Origin: Podarcis gaigeae
Lineage: Eukaryota
DNA: 64,000 nucleotides
Assembly: GCA_964106915.2 (NCBI GenBank)
Contig: OZ066916.1
Direction: 5' to 3' (one strand)
Part shown: piece by piece, positions 51,676-64,000 of the stretch
Layout: each line of letters starts with the position of its first letter
Numbering within the stretch: the first letter of the stretch is position 1
Position numbers and translations under genes: made by a program
The notes under the pieces: generated by a model
Databases searched by the model: none
What the model was told of the DNA's origin: nothing
What the model saw: the letters and a program-made list of their open reading frames with translations, nothing else

Positions 51676-52155
51676 CTGTAAAATAAACAAGAGAATTTTA
51701 GTATGTAAATGTAACAGTATCAACCTATGCAACTTTCCCCATCCTAAAGGCTGGTGTTCTACTTGTTTTTTAAAACATACTAGACTGAAAACTTGAAAGT
51801 TGTGTTTATGTATAAAAACTTAGCATGAAAGGCTGTTTCCCTGTGGTCCACTTTATAAATTACCTTTGGCTCTACAAGAAAAATGGAAGGGGGGGGGGAC
51901 ATTGCCCCTCAACCAACATATCCAGAAACACACTAGATTATTAATAATGTAAGATACAGAGGTATATCCAGTACACTGCTTAAAAGGGGAAATTTCTTAT
52001 TAGCTGAACTGAAACTGGCTGTCTTTAGCTTAGTTATTAATTCTTTACATCTAAGCCCTACAACAAAACCTGCATGTTATAAGTGGATATTTTTTATCAG
52101 CTCACTACAGAAAGGTGGCATATAAACAAATTAAATCAATCAATCAAGCTTTTAC

Positions 52156-52318
52156 CTTTTGCTGGTTTAGCTGTTTGGCCAGAGCTTTACTGTTCTGAGG
52201 TGGGTTTTCCTGGAATCTCTGCTGAGTTTCTTCGACTTGCTTGATCCAGTTATCCAGTGCACCATATGTATCCCTGTAGTACTTTAGGGATTTATTGATA
52301 GCTTCTAAGTCACGCAAC
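52156..52318 (-). CDS. DST: DST exon, plakin domain ([16 protein letters not shown]...QLNQQK)
   Basis: 163 nt, phase 2/0. Confidence 0.93.
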
Positions 52319-52404
52319 CTGGTTGAGTGAAAATCAAGCTGTTTCAGTGAGGAAGAACAAACTAGTAGCAATGACAATAAAGAACTAACCATCATCACCA
52401 ACAG

Positions 52405-52583
52405 CAACCTTACAATAACCTTGTATGGGCAAGTCAGTATTATTATTCCCCGCATAATAAAGATCTTTGGGGTGGGCACAAAGTCTGAAACAGAACAGAG
52501 ATTGCCTAAGGCTACACAGTAAGTTCAGGGCAAAGGTGAAAATAGAAATTCCTGGTTTGTAGCTAAGCGCTAGGCTACACCAC
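52405..52583 (-). mobile_element. Old MIR-like SINE
   Basis: acaataacc...tattattcccc...ttgcctaaggctacacag pattern. Confidence 0.45.
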
Positions 52584-53884
52584 TTCATAAACATGTGGCT
52601 GTCAGAAGCTATCATTCGGCTAGAAGTCCTTTTCTCAGGATTTCTACTGCAAACCTTCAGAATGAAAGGCTTTGCCAATTTCATTAAAAAAAACCTCTCT
52701 GAGTTCTTTTTAATTTCCATGCCTTTTTTGAGGAGCTCACAGTTATCAAGAAATGTATTAGTTCTGAGGAATACATGCCAAAGAACATACATTCCTGTGT
52801 TCATAAAGCTCCAGGCAACCTTCTATCTCTCTATCAAACATCCCTTCATCTTTATAGGAAGCCAGATGTCTCTCCCTGTGTTCCTTATTTCAAAGGGCTT
52901 TGTCTTTCTCCATCTCTATCTACAAGTTCCTCATTTCAAATGCCAGGCATTGAAAAATAAGTGAATCCCCTGCCATGATAACCTCCAGAATCAGACAAGT
53001 ATGCTTACATGTACCAGTGTATTTTAGACATAAAAAGCTACTCAGGGTGACCACTAGAGGGAAGTTATGTAGAATTCAGCAGCAGCTTAAAAAACAAAAG
53101 GAAAAAAACAGAGCAGTCACGTTCCATGTCCTGCAACAGTATTCCTCAGCTGCAAAACTTCAGGATTAAAATGTGGAGAAAGACTCAGTTTAGAATAAAT
53201 TCCTAGTTCTTCATATGCTGACTAAATCCATGGTTGTTAGGGGAAAACAGGTACCTAGTCTATTACAAAAGTCTTTATAGAAAAGGGCCTTGCAATCTAC
53301 AGGAATAATACTAAAAATAAGGAACTTTTTTCCCCTGTAGTTTTCAAGTTTGAGGCAGAAAGAGAAGAAAAAAAGTGAAACATTATGTGGTAATTCCGAT
53401 AACTGCAATCCTAAAAACTGACCTGTGGTGCTGGAGGGGGTTAAGATTGAAGGGATTCCCCTGTCCACTGTTGTCTACCACTTGGGACACTCCCACAGAA
53501 AGCTGAAACTGTGGAAAGTGAGGCAGTGGAAATATTGTTGTCATCAGTGCTCCCAACAGCAGTACGCAGTGTAAGACACTGAAATAGAGCATTTTGAGAG
53601 CTGGGGCCAGGGACCTGCTCAGTCCTACCTCAGTCCATTTCCCCAGCCTGATACTGGTGCAGCAGGAAGAAGAAAAGGAAAAGGAAAAAGCAAATGCTCC
53701 TTCACCAACCTTCCGGCTTGGCCTGGCCTGGCTGAGGCTGTGGGGTAGTAGAACCCCCACCTCCATACCTCTCTATGACCCCTCTTGTTCTGGGAGTAGC
53801 AATTAGTAAATAATGTGGGCAATAGTTAAAATGGCTAAGTTTTATACAGCTGAAGAAAAATTATACTGATAACTAGCCAGGTTT

Positions 53885-53894
<10 letters not shown>

Positions 53895-53942
<48 letters not shown>
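53895..53942. repeat. (TA)n microsatellite
   Basis: Seen directly. Confidence 0.95.
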
Positions 53943-53945
<3 letters not shown>

Positions 53946-55135
53946 AGGAGGGTGAACATTTGTAGGGAACAGTCTGTTTACAGTTACAAGTGGCAGTCGA
54001 CACAAAATCTGTTACCTCTCGCGCTCAGAGTGCCTAAGTGTTGATGGTGAACTGCCAGCACAGCCAATTAAGCTGTCCGAGAGAGGCAGCATTTGCTTCA
54101 TGTTTATCTCACAAGCAAGCAGGAGCATTCTCATTTGCCATAAATAAGAGTACCTTAAACTGTCAGGACAGAAGACTACCCACACAGTGCCGCCTATTGC
54201 GAACCCAGAACTCAGTGCTTCTAAGACAGGCATGCTTTCCTGAAGATAGCAAGGATTGAACCAAGGGAATCACAGACGTGCAGCATGTATCTTGCAGAAG
54301 CCACAGTGTGGAAGTTGCTTCCCTGTGGCTTCTTTCCACATTGCTGCAGTAACATGTGTGCAGGGTCATTGAGGGCGCCACATGGAGGTGACAGCCCTGG
54401 GTTTAGTTGGCCCTGCAGCTTCTCGCCCACCGGGCAAATCTTTCCAGCTCCTTCGCTCTTAGAGAAAAGCAGGGAGGTGGAGGCAAAGAATCCCAGTGCC
54501 AATACTAAAGACGCAGCAAAAGAAAGAAAAAATTAAGCCAGATGGAAAGAAAGGGGAGGAGAGACCGTTGCTACTAACAGAAGCTGCAAAAAAACCCCAA
54601 AAAAACAAACCTTAGGAGGAGGTGCAGAGAAATGTGTTTACTGAAGGTTTTCTTCATATGCAATGTGTAAATTTACTGTCAATGCACTGGTAGCAGTTGG
54701 ATGGATTTGTACAATGGTGGAATTCAGTGTAAAACAGGAACACTTCCACACGCTTGGTGAATCAGCAGCTGGTTTCCCACATATTAAGTGGCGACTCTCC
54801 ACAGGGAGACTGAAGAGGAGCCACGGCCACTACTGGGCCAGGCAGGGGGTAGGTGAAGGCAACAAGGAACCCAAACAGTAAGATTTGTCCGGCTCCACAC
54901 ACTTCCCTAGGGACGGCCTTGCGTATGCATGAAGGAACCATATTCACTGCTCAGTGTTCCTTCATATATATGTTATAGGAGTTGTCTCAAGAAAGCAGCT
55001 CCCGCCCTCCTGTCAAAATGGACATGACCAAACCAGAGAAGTTTTATCTTCTTTATTTCTTTCTCTCCTCAGTTATGCTGTACATGACACAAGGTTTCAC
55101 TCTGAAGTTTCTGAAAAGAAAGTAGGAGTACTAAC

Positions 55136-55329
55136 CTGTTCTCAATCTGAGAATGAACATTCTGCCATCTCTCAGTCAGCTGATCTGCTTTCTCTTTGTG
55201 CCAGTCGAAGTCGAGATCACGTTCCTTGTGTGTTTTAAACATCTGATCACTAATTGCTTTAGCTTTCTGGAGTTCGTCTTCTAGAGCATGGAATACTTCT
55301 CTTTTTACATCAACCTCTGATCTCCATTG
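55136..55329 (-). CDS. DST: DST exon, plakin domain ([13 protein letters not shown]...SQIENR)
   Basis: 194 nt, phase 0/2. Confidence 0.93.
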
Positions 55330-55766
55330 CTGGTACACAAAACATGTGACATCTCAATACGGATCATAATGCTGCTGTTTCAAATCAATATGCATCATTA
55401 CTAACTAATGCATCATATTATTAACTAGTCATAGGGTATCCATGTGGGAAACAAACAAAGCACCCAAATTTTCAGTGAAATGCTATAAAAATGGTTTTGT
55501 ATTTGCACCATTACTGCTTCTGTAACTATAATGAAGAGGAATACTTTGCTAATTATAGGCATACCTAAGTTTATCTCTCATGTGGCTAATCTTCCCTGGT
55601 CTTCCACTTCTCAGCAGTTAAGGAAAATTAGCTGCATAAGAAGGAAGGGAAAAGGCTGCATTCTTTCCTGGTATAATTTGGCTGTGTTTTTCTTTTCTGA
55701 AGAACCATATGGGAAGGAAAGGGACCAGTGACTGCTTCAAGTTCCTCCATCTTTTGTTGCCTATAA

Positions 55767-55896
55767 CAGGGATACAGAACCTCCAAATGTTGTTGGACTA
55801 CAACACCCATCATCCCTGACCATTGGCCATGCTGGCTGAGGCTGATGAGAGTTAGAGTCCAGCAACATCTGGAGGAGGACAGGTTCCTAATCCCTG
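55767..55896. mobile_element. hAT-like MITE
   Basis: cagggat...gaacct / aggttcc...atccctg TIRs; degenerate 8-bp TSD gcctataa/ccctatag. Confidence 0.7.
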
Positions 55897-56099
55897 CCCT
55901 ATAGGGATGAGAGGAAAACCTCAGGATTCTAAACTTCTGGTCTTCTTTTCACAAGATGGTGTAATATGCAGCTCAGCTCTTAGCTAAGTGTTACTGGGAA
56001 ATGACATAATAATCAGCATTCATTCCTAATTCACAATATTTGACCAGTCAACTGGCTACATCTCAATGCCACTCATGCTACTTCGTTTCCATTCTTCTA

Positions 56100-56418
56100 A
56101 AGGCCAAACAGAAAGCAGATGATTCAAGACAGATAAAATAAAGTACTTATTTCCACCGTACATTGTTAAACTGTGGAATTTGCTCCTACAGGAAGCAATG
56201 AGGGCCACCCACTTGGATACAGGAAGTTTAGACAAATTCATGGAAGAGAGGGCTATTGATGGCTATGCTCTGTCTCCAAGGTCTGAGACAGTAACACTTC
56301 TGAATACCAGTTTCTGAAAACCACAGGAGAGTGTGTGCTCTTGCGCTCAGTCCTGTTGCAAATTTCTCACAGGCATCTGGCTGGCCATTGAGAGAAGAGG
56401 ATGCTAATGTTCTTACAT
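56100..56418 (+). mobile_element. CR1 LINE 3' end (second subfamily)
   Basis: Encodes a FKTDK.KY..VKLWNLL.QE-like ORF2 C-terminus, then tagacaaattcatgga and a ttctta tail. Confidence 0.7.
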
Positions 56419-56514
56419 TTGTATGACAGTATATATCAATCTCCTTTATTTCTTTATATCACTTAAAAGCACACCTATTTCTCATTATTATTTTTCTGTA
56501 CATCATAAGAATAC

Positions 56515-56653
56515 CTTCAACGTAGCCATAAGGTTCTCAATATTGCTCTTGTCAGCAGTTAATGGTTCTTCCTCACATAGTTTAGTCTCATAGAGTTTTA
56601 CCAGTGCTTCGGCTCCTTGGGTGTTTTTCAGCACCAAATTTATAGTTTTTAAC
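56515..56653 (-). CDS. DST: DST exon, plakin domain ([25 protein letters not shown]...MATLK)
   Basis: 139 nt, phase 2/0. Confidence 0.92.
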
Positions 56654-56973
56654 CTGAAACAAAAGGGATCACTTGTCATTCATAATTTCCAAATAGTTCT
56701 AAAGTTTTAAAACTTGTTTTAGTATATGATGACTATACGACTAAGATCATTCTTCTATTTGTTTGTTTGTTTAAATTTATTTCTGGCCTTTCAACTTTAT
56801 AAACACTTTCAAGGTGGCCATATGAAATTCTGTATCTATTATTCAATTCAACAAAATATATTCAAAACTGTGAATATACTCAGCTTCCCCTCCAAGCACA
56901 CGCTACATCATCCTATCAAATGATGATGATCAAAAAGTGTTACAAAATGTGAATGACTTGATGGCTTACTTAC

Positions 56974-57152
56974 TTTTCTATGTAAATGGAAGACATGGAG
57001 TAAACCTGATTCATATTTTGAATTACTAGGTTAAGCTCCGACCGCAGAGTAGGAACTGAGGGCGAACCAGCAGCTTGACTGAAAAAATCATCGCATTTGT
57101 CTGTGATTGTTTCCAAGTCCTCCTTGAGTCGATCCAGATCCTTCTTCAGTTT
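56974..57152 (-). CDS. DST: DST exon, plakin domain ([13 protein letters not shown]...SMSSIYIEK)
   Basis: 179 nt, phase 0/2, donor gtaagt; translated by hand. Confidence 0.92.
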
Positions 57153-57388
57153 CTACAGAACCAAAGATAAAATGTTTTTCCCCCTATAGCAAGGAGCAGT
57201 TCTCAAACAATCATAATAAGCATCCTTAGGTCAAGAGTCACTAATACTATAGAAGATAATATGAGCAAAGGGTTATAGGACCCTTTGGAGCAGCGTGAGA
57301 GGCTACAGGGGAAAGAGGAAATCACAAAAAACTGCCCTGCCTTTGTACCCCTGTGGGGAACCTCCACTGAATCTCAGTTCCTTCTGAA

Positions 57389-57478
57389 CATAGCTGTCAA
57401 CGTTTCCCGTTTTTCAAGGGAAATTCCCTTATTCCAAATAGGATTCCTTACAAGAAAAGGGAAAAGTTGACAGTTATG
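57389..57478. mobile_element. 90-bp hAT-type MITE
   Basis: TIRs catagctgtcaac / gttgacagttatg; 8-bp TSD cttctgaa/cttttgaa. Confidence 0.75.
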
Positions 57479-58196
57479 CTTTTGAAATTGAAATGAGCCT
57501 TTCCATTTTTCTAAATTATTTTTTATCGGGGTTTTGTGTTACAAAGCAAACAGATAAACAGTGAACGGTACATCTACTGTCTCCACTTTCAATTCATTGT
57601 CTTTTTCACAGTTCGTTTACATTTGGTGAGAGACATTTTTGTCATAGACGTCTTGCAGTTGGGGGAAAGGGAAGGTGGGGAGAGAGATGGGGATATCATT
57701 CTTTTGTTCTATTGCCTATTCTTAGTGTAGGATGGTTGTGTCCTTCCATTGTTTGTTTGCCCTTCCATTTGTTGAGGACTAGGATACTCAGAATCAAGAC
57801 AACTAGCTAGGGTTCAAGCCAGTAGAAGCAAAACTAGTTAATCCGAGCTAGAACTCAAAAGTCGTAACCACTGCCACACAAAAACCAAAAGACTTATTTG
57901 ATAAGATCTTTGCTCACTTTTATCTTCAAAGAACCAGTAAAGCTTACCTGCTCGGTTTGGGAATTCCAAAATGAAGGCATTTGTAAACAGACTGCCCCAA
58001 AACCAACTGGTGGCTCAAATGTTTACTTCACTTTAATTAGCTCTACAAGTGAACATTACTCGTTTTAATTTGTAGATGCAGCCATGCAGATAATTGTAGC
58101 AGTCCCTTCTGAATAAGCTCTTTATGAGCTCATCATTACACGACTGTTACATTTCATGAGCTTTGGAGAGCCCACAGAGAAGCTCAGAAGACTCAC

Positions 58197-58354
58197 CTCT
58201 TGTTCAGAGATCCGAAATACACTTTCATGTAAGTCATCTCTCTCCAGTGGGGTTCGAATCTGCCTAATCAAACGATCTTCACAATTCTCCAAACGAAGTC
58301 TCATGTTTCGAACTTCTGAGATGTATAGGTTGTAAATGGATTCTTCATGCTCCT
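58197..58354 (-). CDS. DST: DST exon, plakin domain ([17 protein letters not shown]...RISEQE)
   Basis: 158 nt, phase 1/0, donor gtgagt. Confidence 0.93.
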
Positions 58355-60200
58355 CTGTTGGAAGGAAATGGAAGAATGCAAGTAAAACCAAGTATATTTA
58401 ATGTTCTTCTGCCGCCACACAACAGATATTCTAAAGTCACAGTGCTATAACCTTGTCTGCAGTGTCTCTGCTTCATCTAAAAAATGTGCAATTAACTTTA
58501 ATGGGAAGTGGTCAAGAGGAGAAAGGGATGTGCTAACAATGTAGGGAGAAGAGGAAGCATGTCTTCAAATTCTTGTTTCCATGTTCTCCATCTCTCTTTT
58601 TTTAAAAGCTAATATGTTTGCTACAACTATTAAAATATACAGAAACTGAAACTTACACCCCACTTATACTGAGACCTGCAGGTGTAGGGCAGTATATAAA
58701 TTCAATAAATAAATAATATAAAAACCACCTTTCCATAAAATAATATACATTTTAAACAGGCAGAATATTGCCCACTCTGTGGAGTTTCACCATTCAAATT
58801 GGTCAAAAGCCAGTAAAGAATGTTCTTTACCACACAAAAAAAATCTATTTTAGTAACAGGTTTGAATGCATTTGAAAATTTTCAGATTGCTGTTAACTTA
58901 GACCCACAATTTCCCCAGCCAACCATATTTCAAAGGTACCTCTGTACATTTGCAATAACAAGCATAAACAAATCTAGCAAACCGCACCGCCCCCTCATTT
59001 CAAACAGATTTTCTCCCCAAGGGGAAATGTGGAAGTTCACAAATTGGGGTCACCTTGAGCATCTTCTCAAGTGGAGAAATGCAAACATCATAACTGCAGG
59101 ACACAAAATCAACTTCTTGCTTGCCATACATTATCATCATCATGTCTAAATATGGGCATCCCCAAAAAAACTAATATGCACATCACTTTAGTCATAGGTA
59201 TTATCATCCCATTTGTGTATGCACAGTGATTAATTGGATTGTTTATGGTTTGTCCAGAAATTATTTCATAATAAGATGGTATTAAATCTATAGAAATGAA
59301 TCCCTTATCATTTTCTCCAGATACACAGTTGAGCACAGTATATCTCTGCTCCGTACTTATATATTTACTTTAATCAGCTTTCATCTGTTATTGCATTCCT
59401 TTCTATATCAGCATCAGCCTGAATGCATAATATAATATATCTATTCAGCTTTATGGAAGCATTTAAGGCTCAGTGATATCATATATTTTCAGAATGGAGA
59501 TGGAATATTTACAACAGCAAGGAAGAACTTCAAAGACTTTTTTAAAGCAGATACTCTTACTGTTTTTCCAAAGGATATAGGGTCCATTTATGACATACTT
59601 GCAGATTTATTTATTTTTTAAGGAGAGTAAGTAAATAAATGTAAGTGATGTGGTATGATACTCCTGGTATTTTATTTTGAGAGGAAAAATATGTTCCTTG
59701 TATATTTGTGTGTAACAGTAACAGATGTTCTTCCTCTTATTGTGCAACCTGCCAAAATAATTGTTCTATTTACGCACACAAATTATTACCAGCTCATTTT
59801 AGGAACCCAATTGAGATCTCAGATTGTGTGCCAGTAAAACGCATATTACATTTTCAGCAAATATGCAGGGGCACAAGTTCTTTTATCTGCAATATAACAT
59901 TTCAATATTTGAATCAGTTCTCTGTGTTATGAACAACAAAACAAACAGGAGAATCATGGGAAGATCAGCTCTTCTTTTTCCTTCCTGTTTCATAAGTGAT
60001 TTTCTCAGGAGCATCTGTGTTAATGACAGCTCACTGATTTCAAACAGACACAAAACAAGTATAGTTACAGTCAACTGACCTATACCATGTGGGGCGCGGG
60101 ACACAGAATATCACACTTCCTCTTCTGCTATTTGAAAAGCAACATCTTAATGTCTGAACTGGCTCTGAGTGCTCACTGTTAGACGTATGTAATTGCTTAT

Positions 60201-60527
60201 GTGCTGTGGGTTAAACCACAGAGCCTAGGACTTGCTGATCAGAAGGTCAGCGATTTGAATCCCCGAGACGGGGTGAGCTCCCGTTGTTCGATCCCAGCTC
60301 CTGCCAACCTAGCAGTTCAAAAGCACATCAAAGTGCAAGTAGATAAATAGGTACTGCTCCGGTGGGAAGGTAAACGGTGTTTCCGTGTGCTGCTCTGGTT
60401 AGTCATGCTGGCCACATGACCCAAAAGCTGTATGCTGGCTCCCTCAGCCAATAAAGCAAGATGAGCACCGCAACCCCAGAGTCGGTCACGACTGGACCTA
60501 ATGGTCAGGGGTCCCATTACCTTTTTA
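60201..60527 (+). mobile_element. Sauria SINE (Squam1), slightly 5'-truncated
   Basis: gctgtgggttaaaccacagagcctaggacttgc...cctgccaacctagcagttc...ttaccttt. Confidence 0.88.
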
Positions 60528-60845
60528 CTACATATGCATGCCAAAAGCATACATGCCAAAGTGTGTGTCTGTTTTGACAACAGTGCAGCAGCAACTGTAG
60601 AAAAAGTAACAAATACTTATGTAAGCTGCTCATTTTTTCCATTTGACACTGTAAAAAAGAATGGGCCTTTGGACTTTACCAACTCACGTCTTCCACTGGT
60701 ATCTATTTCCCTCTCTGCTTCTGAAATGAGCATCGCTGTGAAAGAGCCACAGCAGTATAGTTCACATATGTAACATTGAAAGGGTAGTCAATACCATAAG
60801 CATCTTGTATGGGAGACTTCTGCACAGTTGATGTGCTATATTTAC

Positions 60846-61029
60846 CTCTCTCTGCAGACTTAAGGAGCTCTTGGTAGTACTGCTTGCACACATTCACCTC
60901 CCTCTCCAGCTGAGCAATGTCAGCAACTGAAAAGGCTTTGGACTCCTGGCTGTCTTCAAGGAAGTCATCAAAGCGGGACTGCAAGTTGCTTAAAACCTGC
61001 TGGTGTTCACCTGGCAAGAGTGTCTTTAT
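60846..61029 (-). CDS. DST: DST exon, plakin domain ([13 protein letters not shown]...ELLKSAER)
   Basis: 184 nt, phase 0/1. Confidence 0.93.
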
Positions 61030-61679
61030 CTAGGAAATAATCAGGAGGGGTAATTAAAGTCTTTCTAATGTTGGGTGCCATTTTATAAACCACATACTGT
61101 TTTGTCAGTTTCTTAAGGCAGTATTTTAATGTTCCAAAAAGGTAGTACACATGTTGCTCTGTGAGGGCAGCACATCGGAAGATGCCTGTAGAGGAACTGC
61201 TCTTTAGAAACTAGAAGAAAAGTCAATTGTGATGACTCATTTCAATGAAATGCATACAGCAACTTTCAAATACATACAAGTTAAAAACCTGTATAAATGT
61301 CCTGGACACTCCAATGAGACCGGACAACATGCGCTGGGTGTTTACAGACATTGACATATGCACATTTTAAGTGCTTAGTATAAGAAACACCAATACAACA
61401 CTGACATACCTTCAGCAATGGTGCCCACTATGGAAAACATGGAGCTTCCCAGAATCTTAGCCTATCATGATATAAAGGGAGGTTGTAGCTTCTGGATGCA
61501 ACCAGCAAACTGTTATTGCACAGAAATAACACAGGAATACAGTACATTACAGAACCAAATATTCAGGAACTGTGTGTGGCTACACTCAGTTTTAGCCACT
61601 ATAGATAACTGCTTCCGAATCATGGAAAATTAGGCTAAGTATGTTTTGTTATGAGTGCTGGAACAGGCGCAGAACTTAC

Positions 61680-61806
61680 CGAAGCAACATTACTGGCTCG
61701 AACAGTTTCAATTTCATTTGTCAAATAGTGCCAGGAGACCACGCTCTTCATGTTTACATGTGATTCATGCCACAGGGCCAGGACATTCTGATATTGCTGT
61801 TCAATT
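61680..61806 (-). CDS. DST: DST exon, plakin domain ([28 protein letters not shown]...)
   Basis: 127 nt, phase 2/0, donor gtaagt. Confidence 0.94.
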
Positions 61807-61983
61807 CTGAAATGCACAAAGAGGGGGTGGGGAATGACCGAGTCTAAATTAATGATTTGTCAAGTGGCAGTCGAAAGGGTACATGTTATAAATTTCCTGT
61901 ATGCTGTGCACAGAAAAGCTGCTGGAAGGCAAATAAGATCAATAAGGACTTCCATGTTGTGTGCACGCTATGCCAGCACTTAC

Positions 61984-62138
61984 CTGTTTGCAGTGTCTAT
62001 TGCTTCTTTGTTGGGTGGAGGAACAGTAAAACAGACGGAGGGAACCATGGCCTCATTACCGCTTGGACTAATCACTTTCCATTTTGCCCGATGGGAGTTG
62101 CTTGCCAGTACACATTCATCATCTCTGTAAATGGTTAT
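61984..62138 (-). CDS. DST: DST exon, plakin SH3 ([11 protein letters not shown]...[13 protein letters not shown])
   Basis: Within ORF 61980-62219; 155 nt, phase 0/2. Confidence 0.94.
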
Positions 62139-62399
62139 CTGGTTTTCAACAGACAGATCAGAAAATCTGAGTGAGTCTAATATGCATATATTGTTCTTCC
62201 AGCACACTCCCTTGAACATGTGCCACTAGGAAAGTGACAGGGGAGCAAAATTGGGGGCTGGGCAGGACCCAACAACTTAAGCCCCAATTGGGAAGGCAGG
62301 GACTTGTTTCGTTTGATAGGGAAGAGAATTCCAAGAACATGCCATTAACTGTCTTCATTAACTGCCCATAATTGATTTGAAGAAATCTAAGGTTCCAAC

Positions 62400-62552
62400 C
62401 TCAATTTGTCTATAGTCACAGATGGCTTTGATTGGGATGGATGTTTTCAGTGGATTATCTGGATTCCTCGGCTTCAGCTGAACTATTGTCTTTGCTCTCC
62501 CCACAAGGCCAGCCACTGTGTTCTTGTACTGCAGGAGCTGTTCTTTCTCTTC
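62400..62552 (-). CDS. DST: DST exon, plakin domain / start of SH3 ([10 protein letters not shown]...[12 protein letters not shown])
   Basis: AG/GT bounded, 153 nt, phase 0/0. Confidence 0.93.
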
Positions 62553-63443
62553 CTAAAAGCCAATTTATAAAGAAAACAAGAGGAGGGGAAACATTAGAAG
62601 CAGCTGCAAATTAAATGTGTTCTTCTTTGAAACTTAAAATATATTTTCTGCTGTTTGTGGTATCGTACAAAACATTGTTCACATAAACCAGAATGGTATC
62701 TGTGGTGCTATTAGTACTCACTAACCACCACTGTTTATTAGGTCAACAGCGCTAGACAGCGATGGTCCATTTGTGTAATTCACCATGAAAGAGTTGGGGG
62801 CAGCCATGTATGTCCCATTTTCAATAGTAAGGGCTATGAGGGGGCAGAGCTTAATTCCTGTGCACTGCTTACCAACCACATTGAGAAGCAGTGGCAAAAA
62901 TTAATGTACATGTCCTAAGATTCTGTTTGTGAAGAGGATTACGTTTTTGTTTTATGTAACTGCATGCTTTGTAAGCTGAAGATGTTCCCTGGCTGTTAGC
63001 TAAGAAGAAGAAGAACAGGATAGTTTCTATATCTGGGCATGTCCTAATCAGTTTACTGGCTTGTGGCCACTGTGCAATCTGTTGACACTAAAAGCCAGTA
63101 TATAGGTTGTCCAAAAGCCCCAAATCAGTCAAGAGCTGCAATTACTGCTCTTCTTCAGTGGTGGAAACAGAAAGGTACAGAATACTGCCAAAAATGGTCA
63201 TCAGGAATTATGAGAAACATCTCATCCATATATTTCACTGACATTGAGCTTCTTGAATTATTATTATTGAAGCTAGAATTTTTGAAGCTACAATTGTGGA
63301 AATAATGGTGATAAGATTAGTTCCCCGTAAGAAAGAACAGTTTGTGATGAGACTTCCTTTACGTTTGGGTTAACTGTCTACCTTTAGTACTCTGCTAGCA
63401 GAGCACAAATGGCTTTAGCTGAGTATGTATGGATGATACCTAC

Positions 63444-63569
63444 CATTGACTCTTGGATCAGATCTTCCAGTTTATGAATACTGCTGGACCTATCACAGCT
63501 GTATTTTCGATGAACCGCATCTCTTAAATTCTTCAAGTAATCTATGGCCTCTTTGGCGTCGTTGAAAAA
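63444..63569 (-). CDS. DST: DST exon, plakin domain ([42 protein letters not shown])
   Basis: Acceptor ttttag, donor gtaggt; 126 nt, phase 0/0; not in the ORF track. Confidence 0.92.
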
Positions 63570-64000
63570 CTAAAATGAAAAAAAAAAACCCCACACCTTT
63601 TGATTTAAAAAATACAGCATTGCAAGCTCCGTCCTCAAGCGAGTAGTCAGTACAGCAGTCTGAAGCCCAGGCTGATAATCCAACAGTGTGGTATACTTTC
63701 TTATTAGATGAAGGAGGTATAAGTTTCTAAAATCAATTAAAAACTAAATGAGCCCGTTCACCCCAGGGTACTCCAGCACCAAAGGGGATAAAACCACCAG
63801 TCCTCTTTACCCACTGGGCTGCAAAGTTAACAACTCTCTCTGCCTTCAAACATGCTGCTTACAACAGTCTGCAATGCCCAGATACTTATGAAGTTAACTG
63901 GGTACCCTTTTAATGATCTGTATATGCATTATTTCTTTGCAGTTGGGAAAAATAATAATTCCTGTACAGGGACTTTCTTTCCAGCGCAACCTGAGTAAGT

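Larger units (their letters stand above)
4472..63569 (-). other. DST: Dystonin (BPAG1) gene, internal portion with 33 exons; both ends lie outside the window
   Basis: The exon chain translates to plakin domain, BPAG1e rod and plakin repeats, the BPAG1b giant exon and spectrin repeats. All junctions are GT/GC-AG with consistent phases, and the peptides closely match recalled human DST. Confidence 0.97.

Noticed and set aside
4472-63569. Paralogue MACF1 (or plectin/desmoplakin) instead of DST
   Set aside because: An internal coiled-coil rod exon plus a terminal plakin-repeat exon with its own stop (BP230-type), followed by spectrin repeats, is specific to DST, and the peptides match recalled DST.

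Overview
Eukaryotic genomic DNA from a squamate reptile, probably a lacertid lizard (judged from its Sauria/Squam1 and tRNA-Lys/CR1-tail SINEs). The whole window lies inside the central part of the dystonin gene (DST/BPAG1) on the minus strand. I assembled 33 exons by hand, and their splice phases agree throughout. In transcript order they are: 13 shared plakin-domain exons (63569 to 48554); the two epithelial BPAG1e/BP230-specific exons (2.7-kb coiled-coil rod, then the terminal plakin-repeat exon with its stop codon and 3'UTR); three linker exons; the five-exon muscle BPAG1b cassette, headed by a 5.7-kb exon; and ten spectrin-repeat rod exons. The introns carry typical squamate repeats (CR1 fragments, SINEs, Tc1/mariner and hAT MITEs, microsatellites). 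There is no evidence of a prokaryote-style novel system. The best unexplained signals are: an apparently decayed ~1.27-kb coding exon between the plakin domain and the BPAG1e rod; a candidate 16-nt poison micro-exon and splicing-motif cluster before the giant muscle exon; a cryptic ~12-aa repeat array inside that exon; an inverted MITE pair bracketing a stop-free 975-nt exon block; a GC-AG intron; and a young unclassified 872-bp insertion carrying sense-strand polyA signals. Comparisons with human DST are from memory, not from an alignment.
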